The notes below the pieces were generated by a model that searched no databases, was not told the origin of the DNA, and worked only from the letters and a program-made list of their open reading frames with translations. DNA of 64,000 nt from a candidate division WOR-3 bacterium (GTDB lineage Bacteria > Hydrothermota > 32-111). The stretch is from positions 63,855 to 127,854 of the forward strand of contig JBDRZY010000006.1 of NCBI GenBank assembly GCA_039804205.1, written 5' to 3'. The position numbers and the translations under genes are program-made. Positions within the stretch are counted from its first letter, which is position 1. Each line of letters opens with the position of its first letter. Positions 46,508-57,464 of this stretch are shown here, in pieces.

Positions 46508-47571
46508 AATTTATCCCTATCAAGATCTATCAACATGTAATCTTTTAAACTTTCCCACTTTTTTGGAAATGTTATTATCACCTGTGGATAGGATTCAAAA
46601 ATTTCAAGAAGTTTACCTGTTTTTACCTTATCGAGTTCAGAGAAAGCATCATCGATCAGTATAACTGGATATTCCCCTATGTTTTCGTATATAAGGTTTA
46701 ACTCTGCAATTTTCAAAGTTATTCCAAGTAATGTTTTCTCCCCTTCACTTCCAAAATCACTTATCGGCTTCCCTTCCACAGTTATAACTATATCATCAAG
46801 ATGTGGACCAAAAATAGTTCTTCTTTTTTCTTTTTCAAGTGAAATGTTTGTTTCAAATTTTTCAAAAAGAGAGGTATTTTTAAAATCTCCATTATCCTTT
46901 GAGGAAAAATATTTTACCTTTACAAGACCTTTTTTTTCAAAAACTTTTTCATACAAATCGTTCAAAAGATCCTCAAAATATGAAATAAACTCTATCCTTC
47001 TTTCATAAATATAGTCAGATTTTTCTGAAAGTTGAATTGAATATGTTTCAAGCAACCTCTTATCACCATTCTCTTTAAGAATAAAATTCTTTCTTTTTAA
47101 AATCGAATGGTACTGAACTATATTTTCAAAATATTCGTTATCGATGGTTGATATCAATCTATCCATAAACTTTCTTCTGTATATAGCCATTCTGTCAGAA
47201 AGAAGTTTGTCGTATGTTGAAAAAATTACCGAAATGAAAAAACCAAAACCATCGGTTAACTTAACGGATCGGTTCCCGTTTATGGATAAAACTTTTTTGT
47301 TGTCCCTGTACAGAAGACCAACAGTAAAATCTTCTCCTTCTCTCTCCCCTTCAACGTTTATAACGAAATGATCTTCTCCAATCTTTACTACTTTTTTATC
47401 GTTACCTGTTCTGAAAGATTTAAAATTTGTTAAATAATATATCGCTTCAATAATCGATGTCTTTCCAGAACCATTCATTCCAGTGATAATGGTTCTTCTG
47501 TCAAAAGCAAAAACTTTACTTGAAAAATTTCTAAAATTAACTATACTTAACTTTTTAATAATCATTAACAA
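46504..47571 (-). CDS. recF: DNA replication and repair protein RecF
   Basis: Motifs seen are LSIVNFRNF, Walker A GMNGSGKTS, signature GSEGEKTLL and Walker B ILIDD. Confidence 0.9.
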   Translation of the reverse strand: MLMIIKKLSIVNFRNFSSKVFAFDRRTIITGMNGSGKTSIIEAIYYLTNFKSFRTGNDKKVVKIGEDHFVINVEGEREGEDFTVGLLYRDNKKVLSINGNRSVKLTDGFGFFISVIFSTYDKLLSDRMAIYRRKFMDRLISTIDNEYFENIVQYHSILKRKNFILKENGDKRLLETYSIQLSEKSDYIYERRIEFISYFEDLLNDLYEKVFEKKGLVKVKYFSSKDNGDFKNTSLFEKFETNISLEKEKRRTIFGPHLDDIVITVEGKPISDFGSEGEKTLLGITLKIAELNLIYENIGEYPVILIDDAFSELDKVKTGKLLEIFESYPQVIITFPKKWESLKDYMLIDLDRDKL

Positions 47572-47618
47572 AGATTACCAAAATTCTGTAAAAATTCAAC
47601 TCCAAAAAGGAGAAAAAG

Positions 47619-49316
47619 ATGAAAAAAAATTTTAAAAACCTGAATTTCGAAATAAAAGGATGGGATGATTTAAAAGAATATTATGATGATATTTTGAACA
47701 GGGAAATTAACAATGACGGTGACCTTTTAGAGTTACTTGAAGATTTTTCTTCGATATCCGAATTTCTTTCAGAATCTTATGGCTGGGCTTATATCAACAT
47801 GACAAGAGACACACAGAATAAAGAATACCGTGAAAGATTTCTTGTTTTCAACGATCAGATTGAGCCAAAAATGAAAGAGGTAAATTTTGAAATCTTAAAA
47901 AAGATCGTTAACTGTGAACACCTCTCCAAACTCGATCAATCAAAATGGGGAATTTTGATTAAAAGGTTCAAAAATGAAGTTGAAATATTCAGAAAAGAGA
48001 ATATTCAGATAGACACAGAGATAACAAAAAAAACTATGGAATATCAACAAACGATTGGTAGTATGGTTATAAATTTTAGAGGGAAAGAGTACACACTTCC
48101 ACAGATGGCATTGTTTTTACAGAGCAAAGATAGGGATGAAAGGAAAGAAGCTTTTGATGCTGTTGTAAAAAAAAGAATCGAATACGCTGATAGGATCGAA
48201 GATATTCTATCAGGGTTGACCGCACTGAGAAACAAAAAAGCAAAAAATGCGAACTTCAAAAACTATGTTGAATTCAGATTCAGAGAACTTGAAAGGTTTG
48301 ACTATGGAATCAAAGAATGTGAGGAGTTTCATAATTCTGTTCTTGATGTGGTAACCCCAATCTATGGAGAGATAGTTAAAGAAAAGACAAGGAAGATGAA
48401 TCTCGAAAAGATCAAACCATACGATCTATCAGCTACATTATCCGATGAAATAGTTTTAAAACCATTTGAAAACACAGAAGATTTTATAGAAAAATCCAAG
48501 AGAGTTTTCTACTCGGTAGATAAAAGATTTGGAGAAGTTTTTGAAAAAGTCGTTGAGAAAAAACATTTAGATCTTGAATCCCGTAAAGGAAAAGCCCCTG
48601 GTGGATACAACTATCCTTTATATAAAACAGGTTTACCTTTTATATTCATGAACAGTTCCGGAGTTCATTCCGATATGAAAACTCTCATGCATGAAACAGG
48701 TCATGCGGTTCATACCTTGGCTGTCAAAGATCTTTTTACATACTTTTATAAAAGTACTCCATCTGAAATTGCTGAATTTGCATCAATGGGAATGGAACTT
48801 TTGACATACGATAGATGGGACATATTCTATATAGATCAACAATCTTTAAAACAGGCAAAGAAAAAACATCTTGAAGGTATTATAAGTTTCTTCCCATGGT
48901 GTGCTGTTGTTGATAAATTTCAACACTTCCTTTATTCAAGGGAAAATATATCTCCATCTGAAAGAAAAGACTATTTCAAAAGTATATACAACGAATTTTC
49001 TGAAAAATTTGTCGATTGGTCTGATTATGATGATTATCTGAAAATATCATACCATAAACAGTTACACATATTTGAAATGCCTTTTTATTATATAGAATAT
49101 GGAATCGCACAACTTGGAGCTTTACAACTATGGATAAACTATAGAGAAAACCCGAAAAAAGCTATCGATGATTACCTTTCAGCGTTAAAGGCAGGCTCAT
49201 CGCTTACCATTTCTGAAGTTTACAGGATAGCGAATGTTAAATTTGATTTTTCAAAAGATATGATGGAAAAGTTGATCGGATTCACTTTTGATGAATACAA
49301 AAAGGTTGCCTGTTGA
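47619..49316 (+). CDS. pepF: M3B family oligoendopeptidase (PepF-like)
   Basis: The zinc motif HETGHAVH and a downstream EFASM are present. Length is 565 aa. Confidence 0.85.
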   Translation: MKKNFKNLNFEIKGWDDLKEYYDDILNREINNDGDLLELLEDFSSISEFLSESYGWAYINMTRDTQNKEYRERFLVFNDQIEPKMKEVNFEILKKIVNCEHLSKLDQSKWGILIKRFKNEVEIFRKENIQIDTEITKKTMEYQQTIGSMVINFRGKEYTLPQMALFLQSKDRDERKEAFDAVVKKRIEYADRIEDILSGLTALRNKKAKNANFKNYVEFRFRELERFDYGIKECEEFHNSVLDVVTPIYGEIVKEKTRKMNLEKIKPYDLSATLSDEIVLKPFENTEDFIEKSKRVFYSVDKRFGEVFEKVVEKKHLDLESRKGKAPGGYNYPLYKTGLPFIFMNSSGVHSDMKTLMHETGHAVHTLAVKDLFTYFYKSTPSEIAEFASMGMELLTYDRWDIFYIDQQSLKQAKKKHLEGIISFFPWCAVVDKFQHFLYSRENISPSERKDYFKSIYNEFSEKFVDWSDYDDYLKISYHKQLHIFEMPFYYIEYGIAQLGALQLWINYRENPKKAIDDYLSALKAGSSLTISEVYRIANVKFDFSKDMMEKLIGFTFDEYKKVAC

Positions 49317-49346
49317 CAATTGGTATAAGCAAGTTAGAATTATTTT

Positions 49347-51713
49347 ATGTTATCTAAAACATTCTTTCTTATATCAACATCGATTTACCTTTTAACTATC
49401 ATCTTTCAATTCAAAAAAAGAGGACTTTCCGAAAACAAGAAACTATCAAACTACATCATGTTTATAGTTCTTCTTGTGATTTCGTTATTTTTGATTTTAT
49501 CACTTTTTAATTATGATATTCATAAAACCCAGAGTGAAAACAGGGAAAAAAATCTTGGAGGTTTGATCGGTTATTTTATTTCTGAAAAAACATTTCAAAT
49601 TTTTGGAGTTGTTGCTTTTTTTCTACCAACTTTTTTACTCTATTCTGGACTGGGTTTGATTTTGAATTTCAGAAACATTTTTTTCCCATCAATCCTTTCC
49701 ATGATTCAGATAATCCTGCTTCCAATATTAACCGGGAACATCACAAATAATCCAGAACTAAGTGGATTCTTTGGAGATAAAACCTCAGCAAAACTTTCAC
49801 AATATTTTGGAAATATCGGGTTGACTTTGATAATATTGTTTGTTTTAATAATTTCCACACTCCTTTTAACAAACCCTGAATACATAATCGAATTCGTTAG
49901 TCGAATGCATCAAAAAATTTCAAAAAATAAGGACGAAGAAGAAAATCCTCAAGATGTTGAGGAGAATTTCAACGATCATCAAGATAACGAAGAAGAGCAA
50001 ATTGTTGAAAACGATAAAAGAAAAGAGAAAAAGAGAAAAAAAGTTTTAATAAGTTCACAGTTAAAACAGGATATAGATTACAAAGAACTTTTAAACGATC
50101 AATTTAAAAAAGAGTTTTTGGATTATCTTGAGGATCCTCCGAAAATAAAAGAGGGAGCGAATGAAGAAGAGATCAACCAGAATATAAAAATTTTAGAAGA
50201 AAAATTAAAATATTTTTCAGTGGATGGAAAAGTCGTCAATGTCAATGTTGGACCCGTCATAACAACCTATGAGTTTGAACCAGCACCAGGTATTAAAGTT
50301 AACAAAATTACCTCACTTTCAGATGATCTTGCGCTTGCCATGAAAGCAAAATCAATAAGGGTTTTAGGACATATACCCGGGAAATCAGCAGTTGGAATCG
50401 AGATCCCAAACAGAAACAGGGTAACGGTTTTTCTTAAAGGTCTCTTAACTGAAAAAGAGTTTCTGGAAAATCCTGATCCAACAACTGTTGTCATAGGAAG
50501 AGATACTGAAAATAATCCAATCTTCGCTCAAATATCCTCTATGCCACACCTTCTTATAGCTGGAACAACAGGGAGTGGAAAATCCGTGTGTATAAATGGA
50601 ATAATAGCATCAATCCTGTTCAAGGCACAACCTGAGGAGGTTAGATTTTTGATGGTTGATCCAAAAAGAATTGAACTATCCATTTACAATGGAATACCAC
50701 ATCTCGAAAGACCGGTCATAACAGATTCAAAAGAAGCTGTTTTGATGCTTAAAGAGTTGACAGAATGGATGGACTTAAGATATAAAGCTTTTGCAAAACT
50801 GGGGGTAAGAGATATAACAGAGTTCAACAAAAAAAGTGATAAGAAAAAACCATATATAATAGTCATCATCGATGAGATGGCTGATCTGATGATGACAGGT
50901 TCAAAGGAAATAGAAACACATATCATTAGGTTAGCACAGATGTCAAGGGCTGTTGGGATACACCTGATACTTGCCACACAGAGACCATCAGTGAATATAA
51001 TCACCGGATCTATAAAGGCCAATTTTCCTGTAAGAATATCTTTCAAAGTGCCATCGAAAGCTGATTCAAAAACAATAATCGATACCTCTGGTGCTGAAAA
51101 ACTTCTTGGAAAAGGTGATATGCTTTACATTCCACCTCAAAAAGGAATAATCGTTAGAGCACATGGTGCTTACATAAAAACCGAAGAGGCAACAAATATT
51201 GTAAATCTCTGGGCAGAAACATATATGAAAAAACTTTTTGAACAACAGATAAAAGATCCTTCAAAACTTGCAAAACTCATAATCGAAAATGAACTGATCC
51301 AATGCATAGCGAATCCATCAAATACACCGGGTTGCGAGTACAGGATAGAAGAGTTCGTCGAACAATACTATGATGAACTTCAAATAGAAAAAGAAAAACT
51401 GACAGAGATTTTAACACAGACGGTCTACCATATTCCTATAGAAGAATCAGGATATACTCAGAATATCAGAAACTCCCAAAATGTTGAAGGGAATTTCCAG
51501 GATGACGATGAACTTGATCCATTGTTTGAACAGGTGAAAGAGTTTGTATTAAAACATAAAGAGATCTCAACAAGTATGATTCAATCATATTTTAAACTGG
51601 GATACCCAAGGGCTGCAAAGATCACGAGACAACTTGAAAAAAACGGGATAATAGGTCCCGCGAACGGTTCAAAACCCAGAAAAGTTCTTCTGAACAATCA
51701 AAAAGATGATTGA
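49347..51713 (+). CDS. ftsK: DNA translocase FtsK/SpoIIIE
   Basis: It has N-terminal TM segments, an acidic linker, Walker A GTTGSGKS, Walker B VIIDEMADL and a C-terminal gamma winged-helix domain. Confidence 0.93.
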   Translation: MLSKTFFLISTSIYLLTIIFQFKKRGLSENKKLSNYIMFIVLLVISLFLILSLFNYDIHKTQSENREKNLGGLIGYFISEKTFQIFGVVAFFLPTFLLYSGLGLILNFRNIFFPSILSMIQIILLPILTGNITNNPELSGFFGDKTSAKLSQYFGNIGLTLIILFVLIISTLLLTNPEYIIEFVSRMHQKISKNKDEEENPQDVEENFNDHQDNEEEQIVENDKRKEKKRKKVLISSQLKQDIDYKELLNDQFKKEFLDYLEDPPKIKEGANEEEINQNIKILEEKLKYFSVDGKVVNVNVGPVITTYEFEPAPGIKVNKITSLSDDLALAMKAKSIRVLGHIPGKSAVGIEIPNRNRVTVFLKGLLTEKEFLENPDPTTVVIGRDTENNPIFAQISSMPHLLIAGTTGSGKSVCINGIIASILFKAQPEEVRFLMVDPKRIELSIYNGIPHLERPVITDSKEAVLMLKELTEWMDLRYKAFAKLGVRDITEFNKKSDKKKPYIIVIIDEMADLMMTGSKEIETHIIRLAQMSRAVGIHLILATQRPSVNIITGSIKANFPVRISFKVPSKADSKTIIDTSGAEKLLGKGDMLYIPPQKGIIVRAHGAYIKTEEATNIVNLWAETYMKKLFEQQIKDPSKLAKLIIENELIQCIANPSNTPGCEYRIEEFVEQYYDELQIEKEKLTEILTQTVYHIPIEESGYTQNIRNSQNVEGNFQDDDELDPLFEQVKEFVLKHKEISTSMIQSYFKLGYPRAAKITRQLEKNGIIGPANGSKPRKVLLNNQKDD

Positions 51714-51736
51714 TTTTTATAACCAATTATAAATTT

Positions 51737-54292
51737 TCAATCTTTCAATTCTTCAATCTTCTTTTTTATCTCATTTAAAAATAGCAGGGATTCAATCGGT
51801 GTAATATTGTTCAAATCTTTTTCGGAGATCATTCTGATAACATCTTCAAATTTTTCCTTACTTCCATCACTTTTGAAAAGTGAAAGCTGGGAGACAACTC
51901 TCATCTTTTCTTTTACATTCATCTCACTTTCCTTTAAAAGTAAAAGGATCTGAGAAGCATTCTCAATTATTTTTGATGGGAGACCAGCCATCTTTGCAAC
52001 CTCAATTCCATAACTTTCATCTGAACTCCCTTCAACAATCTTTTTTAAAAAAACTATTTTATCCTCATATTTTCTTACCTTTGCTGTCATATTGAACATT
52101 TTTGGTAACTTTGACCTCAACTCTGTTAACTCATGGTAATGCGTGGCAAACAAAGTTTTAGGGGATTTTTCAAGATCGTGTATGTATTCTATTATCGCCC
52201 ATGCTATCGATAATCCATCAAAGGTTGATGTTCCTCGTCCTATTTCATCAAGGACTATAAAACTTTTTTCAGTCATGTTTTCAATGATGTTTGAACATTC
52301 AAGCATTTCAGCCATAAATGTTGAAACACCTTTTGAAAGGTCATCGCTTGCCCCTATTCTTGTAAATATCCTATCAGTTAACGGTATCTTTGCTTTTTTT
52401 GCAGGGACGAATAATCCTATGTGAGCCATAAGTATTATCAGAGCGTTTTGTCTGAGATAGGTTGATTTACCTGACATATTTGGCCCTGTCAGTAGAATCA
52501 AAGATCTTTTTTCGTCCATGTAAAGAGAGTTTGGAACAAATCTTTCATTTCTGTTGACCATTTCTATCACTGGATGTCTTCCATCTTCAATATATAGTTC
52601 ATAGAAATCACCTATCTGGGGTCTCGTATAATCATTTTCATATGATAGAACCGTATAAGAATACAGAAGATCTATTCTACCTATATAGATCGAAACCTTT
52701 TTTAACTCAACATAGTATGATGATAACCTTTCTATAAGTTTATCATAAAGTTCTTTTTCGAGTTTATTCAACCTCTCTTCAGCAGTTAAAATTTCTATCT
52801 CATACTTTTTCAATTTTTCGTTAATAAACCTTTCTGCATTTTTCAATGTTTGTTTTCGGATATAGTCTTTTGGAACCTTATCAAGATTTGAGTTTGTTAT
52901 CTCAATATAATATCCCATCACTGTTGAATAACCGATCCTTAAATTGTTTATCCCTGTTCTTTTTTTCTCCTCATCTTCCATCATAAATATGGATTTCGAA
53001 CCTTCCAGGGATAACTCTTTTAATCTATCGTACTCCTGATCAAATCCTTTTTTAAAAAACTTTTCTTTTTCACCATCAAGAACTACATTTTCATCGATGG
53101 AAATATCGATCAACTGTATGACTTTTTCTACAACATTTTTTTCAATCTCAAAAATTTCAATTGACAGGTCTTTAACAATATCTATCATCCTGATAAAACC
53201 TTTTAAAGATTTTTTAAGGTTTATAAGATCCCTTGGGGTTGCCCTTTTTGATGCGATCCTTGCATTGATCCTCTCAACATCTCCCACTTCAGATAGAAGT
53301 GTTCCAAGAGATTTTACAAGATCGAATTTTAAAACCATTTTTTCAATGTTATTATAAATTTTATTTATAGTGTTTAGATCGTTATAAGGCGATTTCAAAA
53401 TTTCCCTTAAAGTTCTACCTCCCATTGGAGTTTTCGTTCTGTCGATAGCAAAAAGAAAAGAGTTTTCATATTCTCCATTACTTCTTGTAAATATTTCAAG
53501 ATTTCTTAAGGTCTGACTATCAAGGACCATTCTTTTCGATAGATCTATATACTCAAGATTTTTTACCTGTTGCAGATCAGTTGAGTATGTTTCTTTAATA
53601 AACAGCAACAACGCTCCACCAGCCCTTATGAGTTTTTCATTAAAATTTTTTATTCTTTCAACTTTTTCTATGCCAAACTGTGTTTTCAATACATCCAGAC
53701 AATCATCCAAATCAAAAAAATTTTTATCTATAACCCTTACTTCTTTTTCTTCGATTCTCAACTTTTCATTTGAAACTATCTCTTTTATATCTTTGTTTTT
53801 TAGAAAATCAACAATGTTTTCTCCATTTTTAAAATCATAAACGAACAGGTCTCCTGTTGAGATATCAAGAGTTGATACAACGGTTTTCCCATCAAATACA
53901 TAGACGAGAGCGAAATAGTTATTCTCCTTCTCAGAAAGCAAAGATTCCCTCATTATCGTTCCGGGAGTGATCACTTCAACCACTCCCCTTTTTACAAGTT
54001 TTACATTTTTCGAAGGTTCCTCAAGTTGATCGGCAATAGCAATCTTTTTTCCAGTTGACACCAACCTCCTTATATAATGATCTGCCGATTTTATCGGGAA
54101 GCCAGCAAGAGGTATCTTTTCTTCTCCATATTCCCTTGATGTCAAGGTAATATTGAGTATCGATGCTATAAACTTTGCATCATCATAAAAAGTTTCATAA
54201 AAATCTCCCATTCTAAAAAGTAAAATGGAGTCATTGAAATTTGATTTAATCTCCTTATACTGCTTCAATATCGGGACATCTTTCTCTTTCAT
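51737..54292 (-). CDS. mutS: DNA mismatch repair protein MutS
   Basis: It has the N-terminal mismatch motif FRMGDFYETF, Walker A TGPNMSGKST, DEIGRGTST and THYHEL. Confidence 0.97.
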   Translation of the reverse strand: MKEKDVPILKQYKEIKSNFNDSILLFRMGDFYETFYDDAKFIASILNITLTSREYGEEKIPLAGFPIKSADHYIRRLVSTGKKIAIADQLEEPSKNVKLVKRGVVEVITPGTIMRESLLSEKENNYFALVYVFDGKTVVSTLDISTGDLFVYDFKNGENIVDFLKNKDIKEIVSNEKLRIEEKEVRVIDKNFFDLDDCLDVLKTQFGIEKVERIKNFNEKLIRAGGALLLFIKETYSTDLQQVKNLEYIDLSKRMVLDSQTLRNLEIFTRSNGEYENSFLFAIDRTKTPMGGRTLREILKSPYNDLNTINKIYNNIEKMVLKFDLVKSLGTLLSEVGDVERINARIASKRATPRDLINLKKSLKGFIRMIDIVKDLSIEIFEIEKNVVEKVIQLIDISIDENVVLDGEKEKFFKKGFDQEYDRLKELSLEGSKSIFMMEDEEKKRTGINNLRIGYSTVMGYYIEITNSNLDKVPKDYIRKQTLKNAERFINEKLKKYEIEILTAEERLNKLEKELYDKLIERLSSYYVELKKVSIYIGRIDLLYSYTVLSYENDYTRPQIGDFYELYIEDGRHPVIEMVNRNERFVPNSLYMDEKRSLILLTGPNMSGKSTYLRQNALIILMAHIGLFVPAKKAKIPLTDRIFTRIGASDDLSKGVSTFMAEMLECSNIIENMTEKSFIVLDEIGRGTSTFDGLSIAWAIIEYIHDLEKSPKTLFATHYHELTELRSKLPKMFNMTAKVRKYEDKIVFLKKIVEGSSDESYGIEVAKMAGLPSKIIENASQILLLLKESEMNVKEKMRVVSQLSLFKSDGSKEKFEDVIRMISEKDLNNITPIESLLFLNEIKKKIEELKD

Positions 54293-54293
54293 A

Positions 54294-55034
54294 TCATTCT
54301 CCGTAAACTATCCAAGCTGGAACAGTTTCGGCTTTTTGAAAAATTTTCAAAAAACTTTTTGCATCCTGTTCGTTTTTAAACTTTCCGATTCGAACCTTGT
54401 AAAGATTCTCTTCAAAAACTATAAACACATCATAACTTTTATCCTTATATTTTTTGAATAAACTTTCGGCATTTTCCCTATTTTTAAAAGATCCTATCTG
54501 GATCGAATAAAATTTATCTTTTATTTGAGAATGTTTCGTTTTTTCACCAATAGAAAAATATTTTAAAAAAGCACTATACCCAACTTCGTTTGCAAAATTT
54601 GAGATCCAGTAATTGGCATTATTTATATCAGCATAATTTTCATATATCCCTATTATTCCCAAGTAAGCATACTCTATCGTCCTGTTATCTTTCAAAGAAA
54701 CCAATTTTCTATAATATGTTAACGCTTTCGAACTATCCCTGTAAAGCGTATAATATTTTGCAATTCGAAGAAGTGTTAAAGGATAAAAAGGTGAATCTTT
54801 ATACTTCTCCTCAACGATTTTATAATAGTTTAAAGATAATGTTACATCATTTGAAAGTTCTGCAATATAAAAATAGAGAGAACTCGGAATCTGATCATCC
54901 TCTTTGAAAGAATCAAGCATCGATTTTAACGTTTTGTAATCACCCTTCACATAAAGTTCTCTCAAATCTAATGTAAAAGAAGAATTAACGATCAAAAAAA
55001 TAATAAAAAAAATAATAAAATTTTTCATATTCAC
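54294..55034 (-). CDS. SPOR-domain protein with TPR-like N-terminal region
   Basis: It has a signal peptide. The C-terminal SPOR repeat reads YSIQIGSFKNRENAESLFKKY...YKVRIGKFKNEQDAKSF. Confidence 0.8.
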   Translation of the reverse strand: MNMKNFIIFFIIFLIVNSSFTLDLRELYVKGDYKTLKSMLDSFKEDDQIPSSLYFYIAELSNDVTLSLNYYKIVEEKYKDSPFYPLTLLRIAKYYTLYRDSSKALTYYRKLVSLKDNRTIEYAYLGIIGIYENYADINNANYWISNFANEVGYSAFLKYFSIGEKTKHSQIKDKFYSIQIGSFKNRENAESLFKKYKDKSYDVFIVFEENLYKVRIGKFKNEQDAKSFLKIFQKAETVPAWIVYGE

Positions 55035-56317
55035 TCCATCTTTATTCCAAAAGGAGTTATTCCTCTTATTTCCAATATTTTTACCATCAACCTATCTCCA
55101 ATATGGATATCTTCACCTGTCACAACAACACTCCGGTTATGTTTATCCCTTCCATAAAATTCGTTTTTATTCTTTTTGCTTAATTTTTCTATTATAACCT
55201 CTACTTCTTTTCCAGCAAGTTGTTTTAATTTGTTATCCTTTAACGATCTTTGTGTTTCTATAATTTTTTTCAACCTATCTGAAGAAATTTTTTGATCGCA
55301 ATCATCCATAAAATATGAAAGTGTGTTTTTTCTTTTTGAAAATTTATACATAAAAGCATCATCGAACTCAACCTCCTGAATCAGTTTGAGTGTTTCATTA
55401 AAATCTTCATCTTCCTCGTAGGGAAGCCCAACCATAATATCTGTAGTTATCGAAATATCCTGAAGGATTTTTCGTGATATTTCAATTTTCTTTTTATAAT
55501 CTTTTACAGTATAATCCCTGTGGAGGAGTTTCAAAAGTTTATCCGATCCAGTTTGAACAGGTAGATGAAGATGCGGGCAGACATTCTCATAATCAGCCAT
55601 CACTCTAACTATATCGGGAGAAAAATCTTTTGGATGTGAAGTCAAAAATCTTATCCTTAAATCTTTAAACTTTTTCGCAACATGTTGAAGGATCCTAACA
55701 AAATTATAGGAATCGTATCTATAAGAATTCACATTCTGTCCAAGAAGCATTATTTCTCTGGTTTTTTCGTTTCTGTTCAACTGTATATTTTTTATAACAT
55801 CTTCTTTACTGAAGGATATCTCTTGTCCTCTAAGGTAAGGGACTATACAGTAAGAGCAGAAATTGTTACATCCTTTCATAATTGGGATATTCAGAGTAAA
55901 ATCAGTATCCCTTACAACCGAAGAGTAATTACCATGTGAAATTAATTGAAATTCTTTAAAATTCTCCAATTCCAAAACCTGAGGAAGTTTTTCGTATTCA
56001 GTTGAAACTATGAAGGACTCATCGACAAGGATATTCTCATTCTCAAGTGCTTTAGCAAGACAACCGGCAATTATAAACCTTTTTTTCTTCTTTTTTCCTT
56101 TCAAACTCTGAATGAATCCTAAAGCTCTTTTATGTGCATGTTCCCTCACCGAACAACCATTGACAACAACGATGTTCGCATCCTCTATATCAAAAACTTC
56201 AAGAAAACCATTTTCCCTGAGTATTGCACTTATGACCTGGCTGTCATAATCGTTCATCTCACAACCATAAGTTACAATTTTAAAAGTTTCTCTCTTCACA
56301 GAAAACCTTCCCATCAA
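55031..56317 (-). CDS. miaB: tRNA-2-methylthio-N6-dimethylallyladenosine synthase (MiaB)
   Basis: It has the UPF0004 motif KIVTYGCEMNDYDS, the radical SAM motif GCNNFCSYCIVP and a C-terminal TRAM domain. Confidence 0.9.
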   Translation of the reverse strand: MMGRFSVKRETFKIVTYGCEMNDYDSQVISAILRENGFLEVFDIEDANIVVVNGCSVREHAHKRALGFIQSLKGKKKKKRFIIAGCLAKALENENILVDESFIVSTEYEKLPQVLELENFKEFQLISHGNYSSVVRDTDFTLNIPIMKGCNNFCSYCIVPYLRGQEISFSKEDVIKNIQLNRNEKTREIMLLGQNVNSYRYDSYNFVRILQHVAKKFKDLRIRFLTSHPKDFSPDIVRVMADYENVCPHLHLPVQTGSDKLLKLLHRDYTVKDYKKKIEISRKILQDISITTDIMVGLPYEEDEDFNETLKLIQEVEFDDAFMYKFSKRKNTLSYFMDDCDQKISSDRLKKIIETQRSLKDNKLKQLAGKEVEVIIEKLSKKNKNEFYGRDKHNRSVVVTGEDIHIGDRLMVKILEIRGITPFGIKME

Positions 56318-57464
56318 TAAAATCTAACACCTTCACTTTTATGATATCACCCTTTTTAAATTTATCTTCATATTTTAAATACCCATCAAAATATCTTTCA
56401 CTTTTCCCTTTAATCATATTATCCTTTATACTCTCGAAAATTATAGTTTCGTTGATACCTTTTAACGATTTCAAAAACTCTTCCTTTTTTTCTTTATGTA
56501 ATCTTCTCATAATCTCCATTTTCTCTTCCACTGGGATTTTAGCATCTTTTACCTTTTCAAAATAGTATGCCAAACTTTCCTTTCTTTTCGAGAAAGGGAA
56601 AATGTGGAAATGTGAAAAATAACCCTTTTGAAAGAATTCAACCATCTCCATAAAATCTCCGTCCGTTTCGAATGGGAAACCAACTATGATATCACAACCG
56701 AGCATCGGTCTATCAAAATTCTCTTTGAAAGCCAGCATGATTTCTTTAATTCTTTTAACATTGTATTTTCTTTTCATAATCATCAAAACTTTTTCAGAGA
56801 TATGCTGTAAAGAAAGATGGAAAAAAGGAACAAGTTTTTTCACCTTTGCCATTCTCTCAATACCCTTTTCATCGATTTCATTTATATCAAGTGATGATAA
56901 CCTGATCCTTTCAATCGGTTTTTCAGAAATCAGATTCACAAGTTCCACAAGGTTTTTCCCTTGATTACTAAATCTACCGATATGAACCCCTGTTAATACT
57001 ATCTCTTTCACATTATTCCTGGATAACTCTTCAACCTCTTTTAAAATCATTTTTACATCTCTACTTTTCTCTTCACCCCTATAATAAGGAACTACACAGT
57101 AAGAGCAAAAACTGTTACAGCCGATCTGTATCGGTATCTCAACTCTCGTCCTGTTGACATAAAATGTTTTTGATTGAAACACATGATTTTGATCTATATA
57201 TTCAATATTTTCATCAAGAAGATTTGTATCGTAACACCCTATAACCTTAATTTTTTTTTCAGGGAATCTCTTACTCATTCTTTTCAAAATTGTTTCAAAC
57301 TGCTTCTGTGAGGTATCAGTGACAATACAAGATGAGAGAAGGATTACATCTGCATCCTCTGGGTTATCACAAACAGTGTAACCCTGCTCTATGTTTTCTC
57401 CTACATATTTTTTTGTCAAGGTTTGATTCAACTTACAACCCATAGAATAGAAAAATATTTTCAT
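56280..57464 (-). CDS. mtaB: MiaB-like methylthiotransferase, probably MtaB (ms2t6A)
   Basis: It has MKIFFYSMGCKLNQ and the radical SAM motif GCNSFCSYCVVP, plus a TRAM-like C-terminus. I place the start at ATG 57464, which forms an ATGA overlap with the rfbD stop; the track start is 57512. Confidence 0.8.
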   Translation of the reverse strand: MKIFFYSMGCKLNQTLTKKYVGENIEQGYTVCDNPEDADVILLSSCIVTDTSQKQFETILKRMSKRFPEKKIKVIGCYDTNLLDENIEYIDQNHVFQSKTFYVNRTRVEIPIQIGCNSFCSYCVVPYYRGEEKSRDVKMILKEVEELSRNNVKEIVLTGVHIGRFSNQGKNLVELVNLISEKPIERIRLSSLDINEIDEKGIERMAKVKKLVPFFHLSLQHISEKVLMIMKRKYNVKRIKEIMLAFKENFDRPMLGCDIIVGFPFETDGDFMEMVEFFQKGYFSHFHIFPFSKRKESLAYYFEKVKDAKIPVEEKMEIMRRLHKEKKEEFLKSLKGINETIIFESIKDNMIKGKSERYFDGYLKYEDKFKKGDIIKVKVLDFIDGKVFCEERNF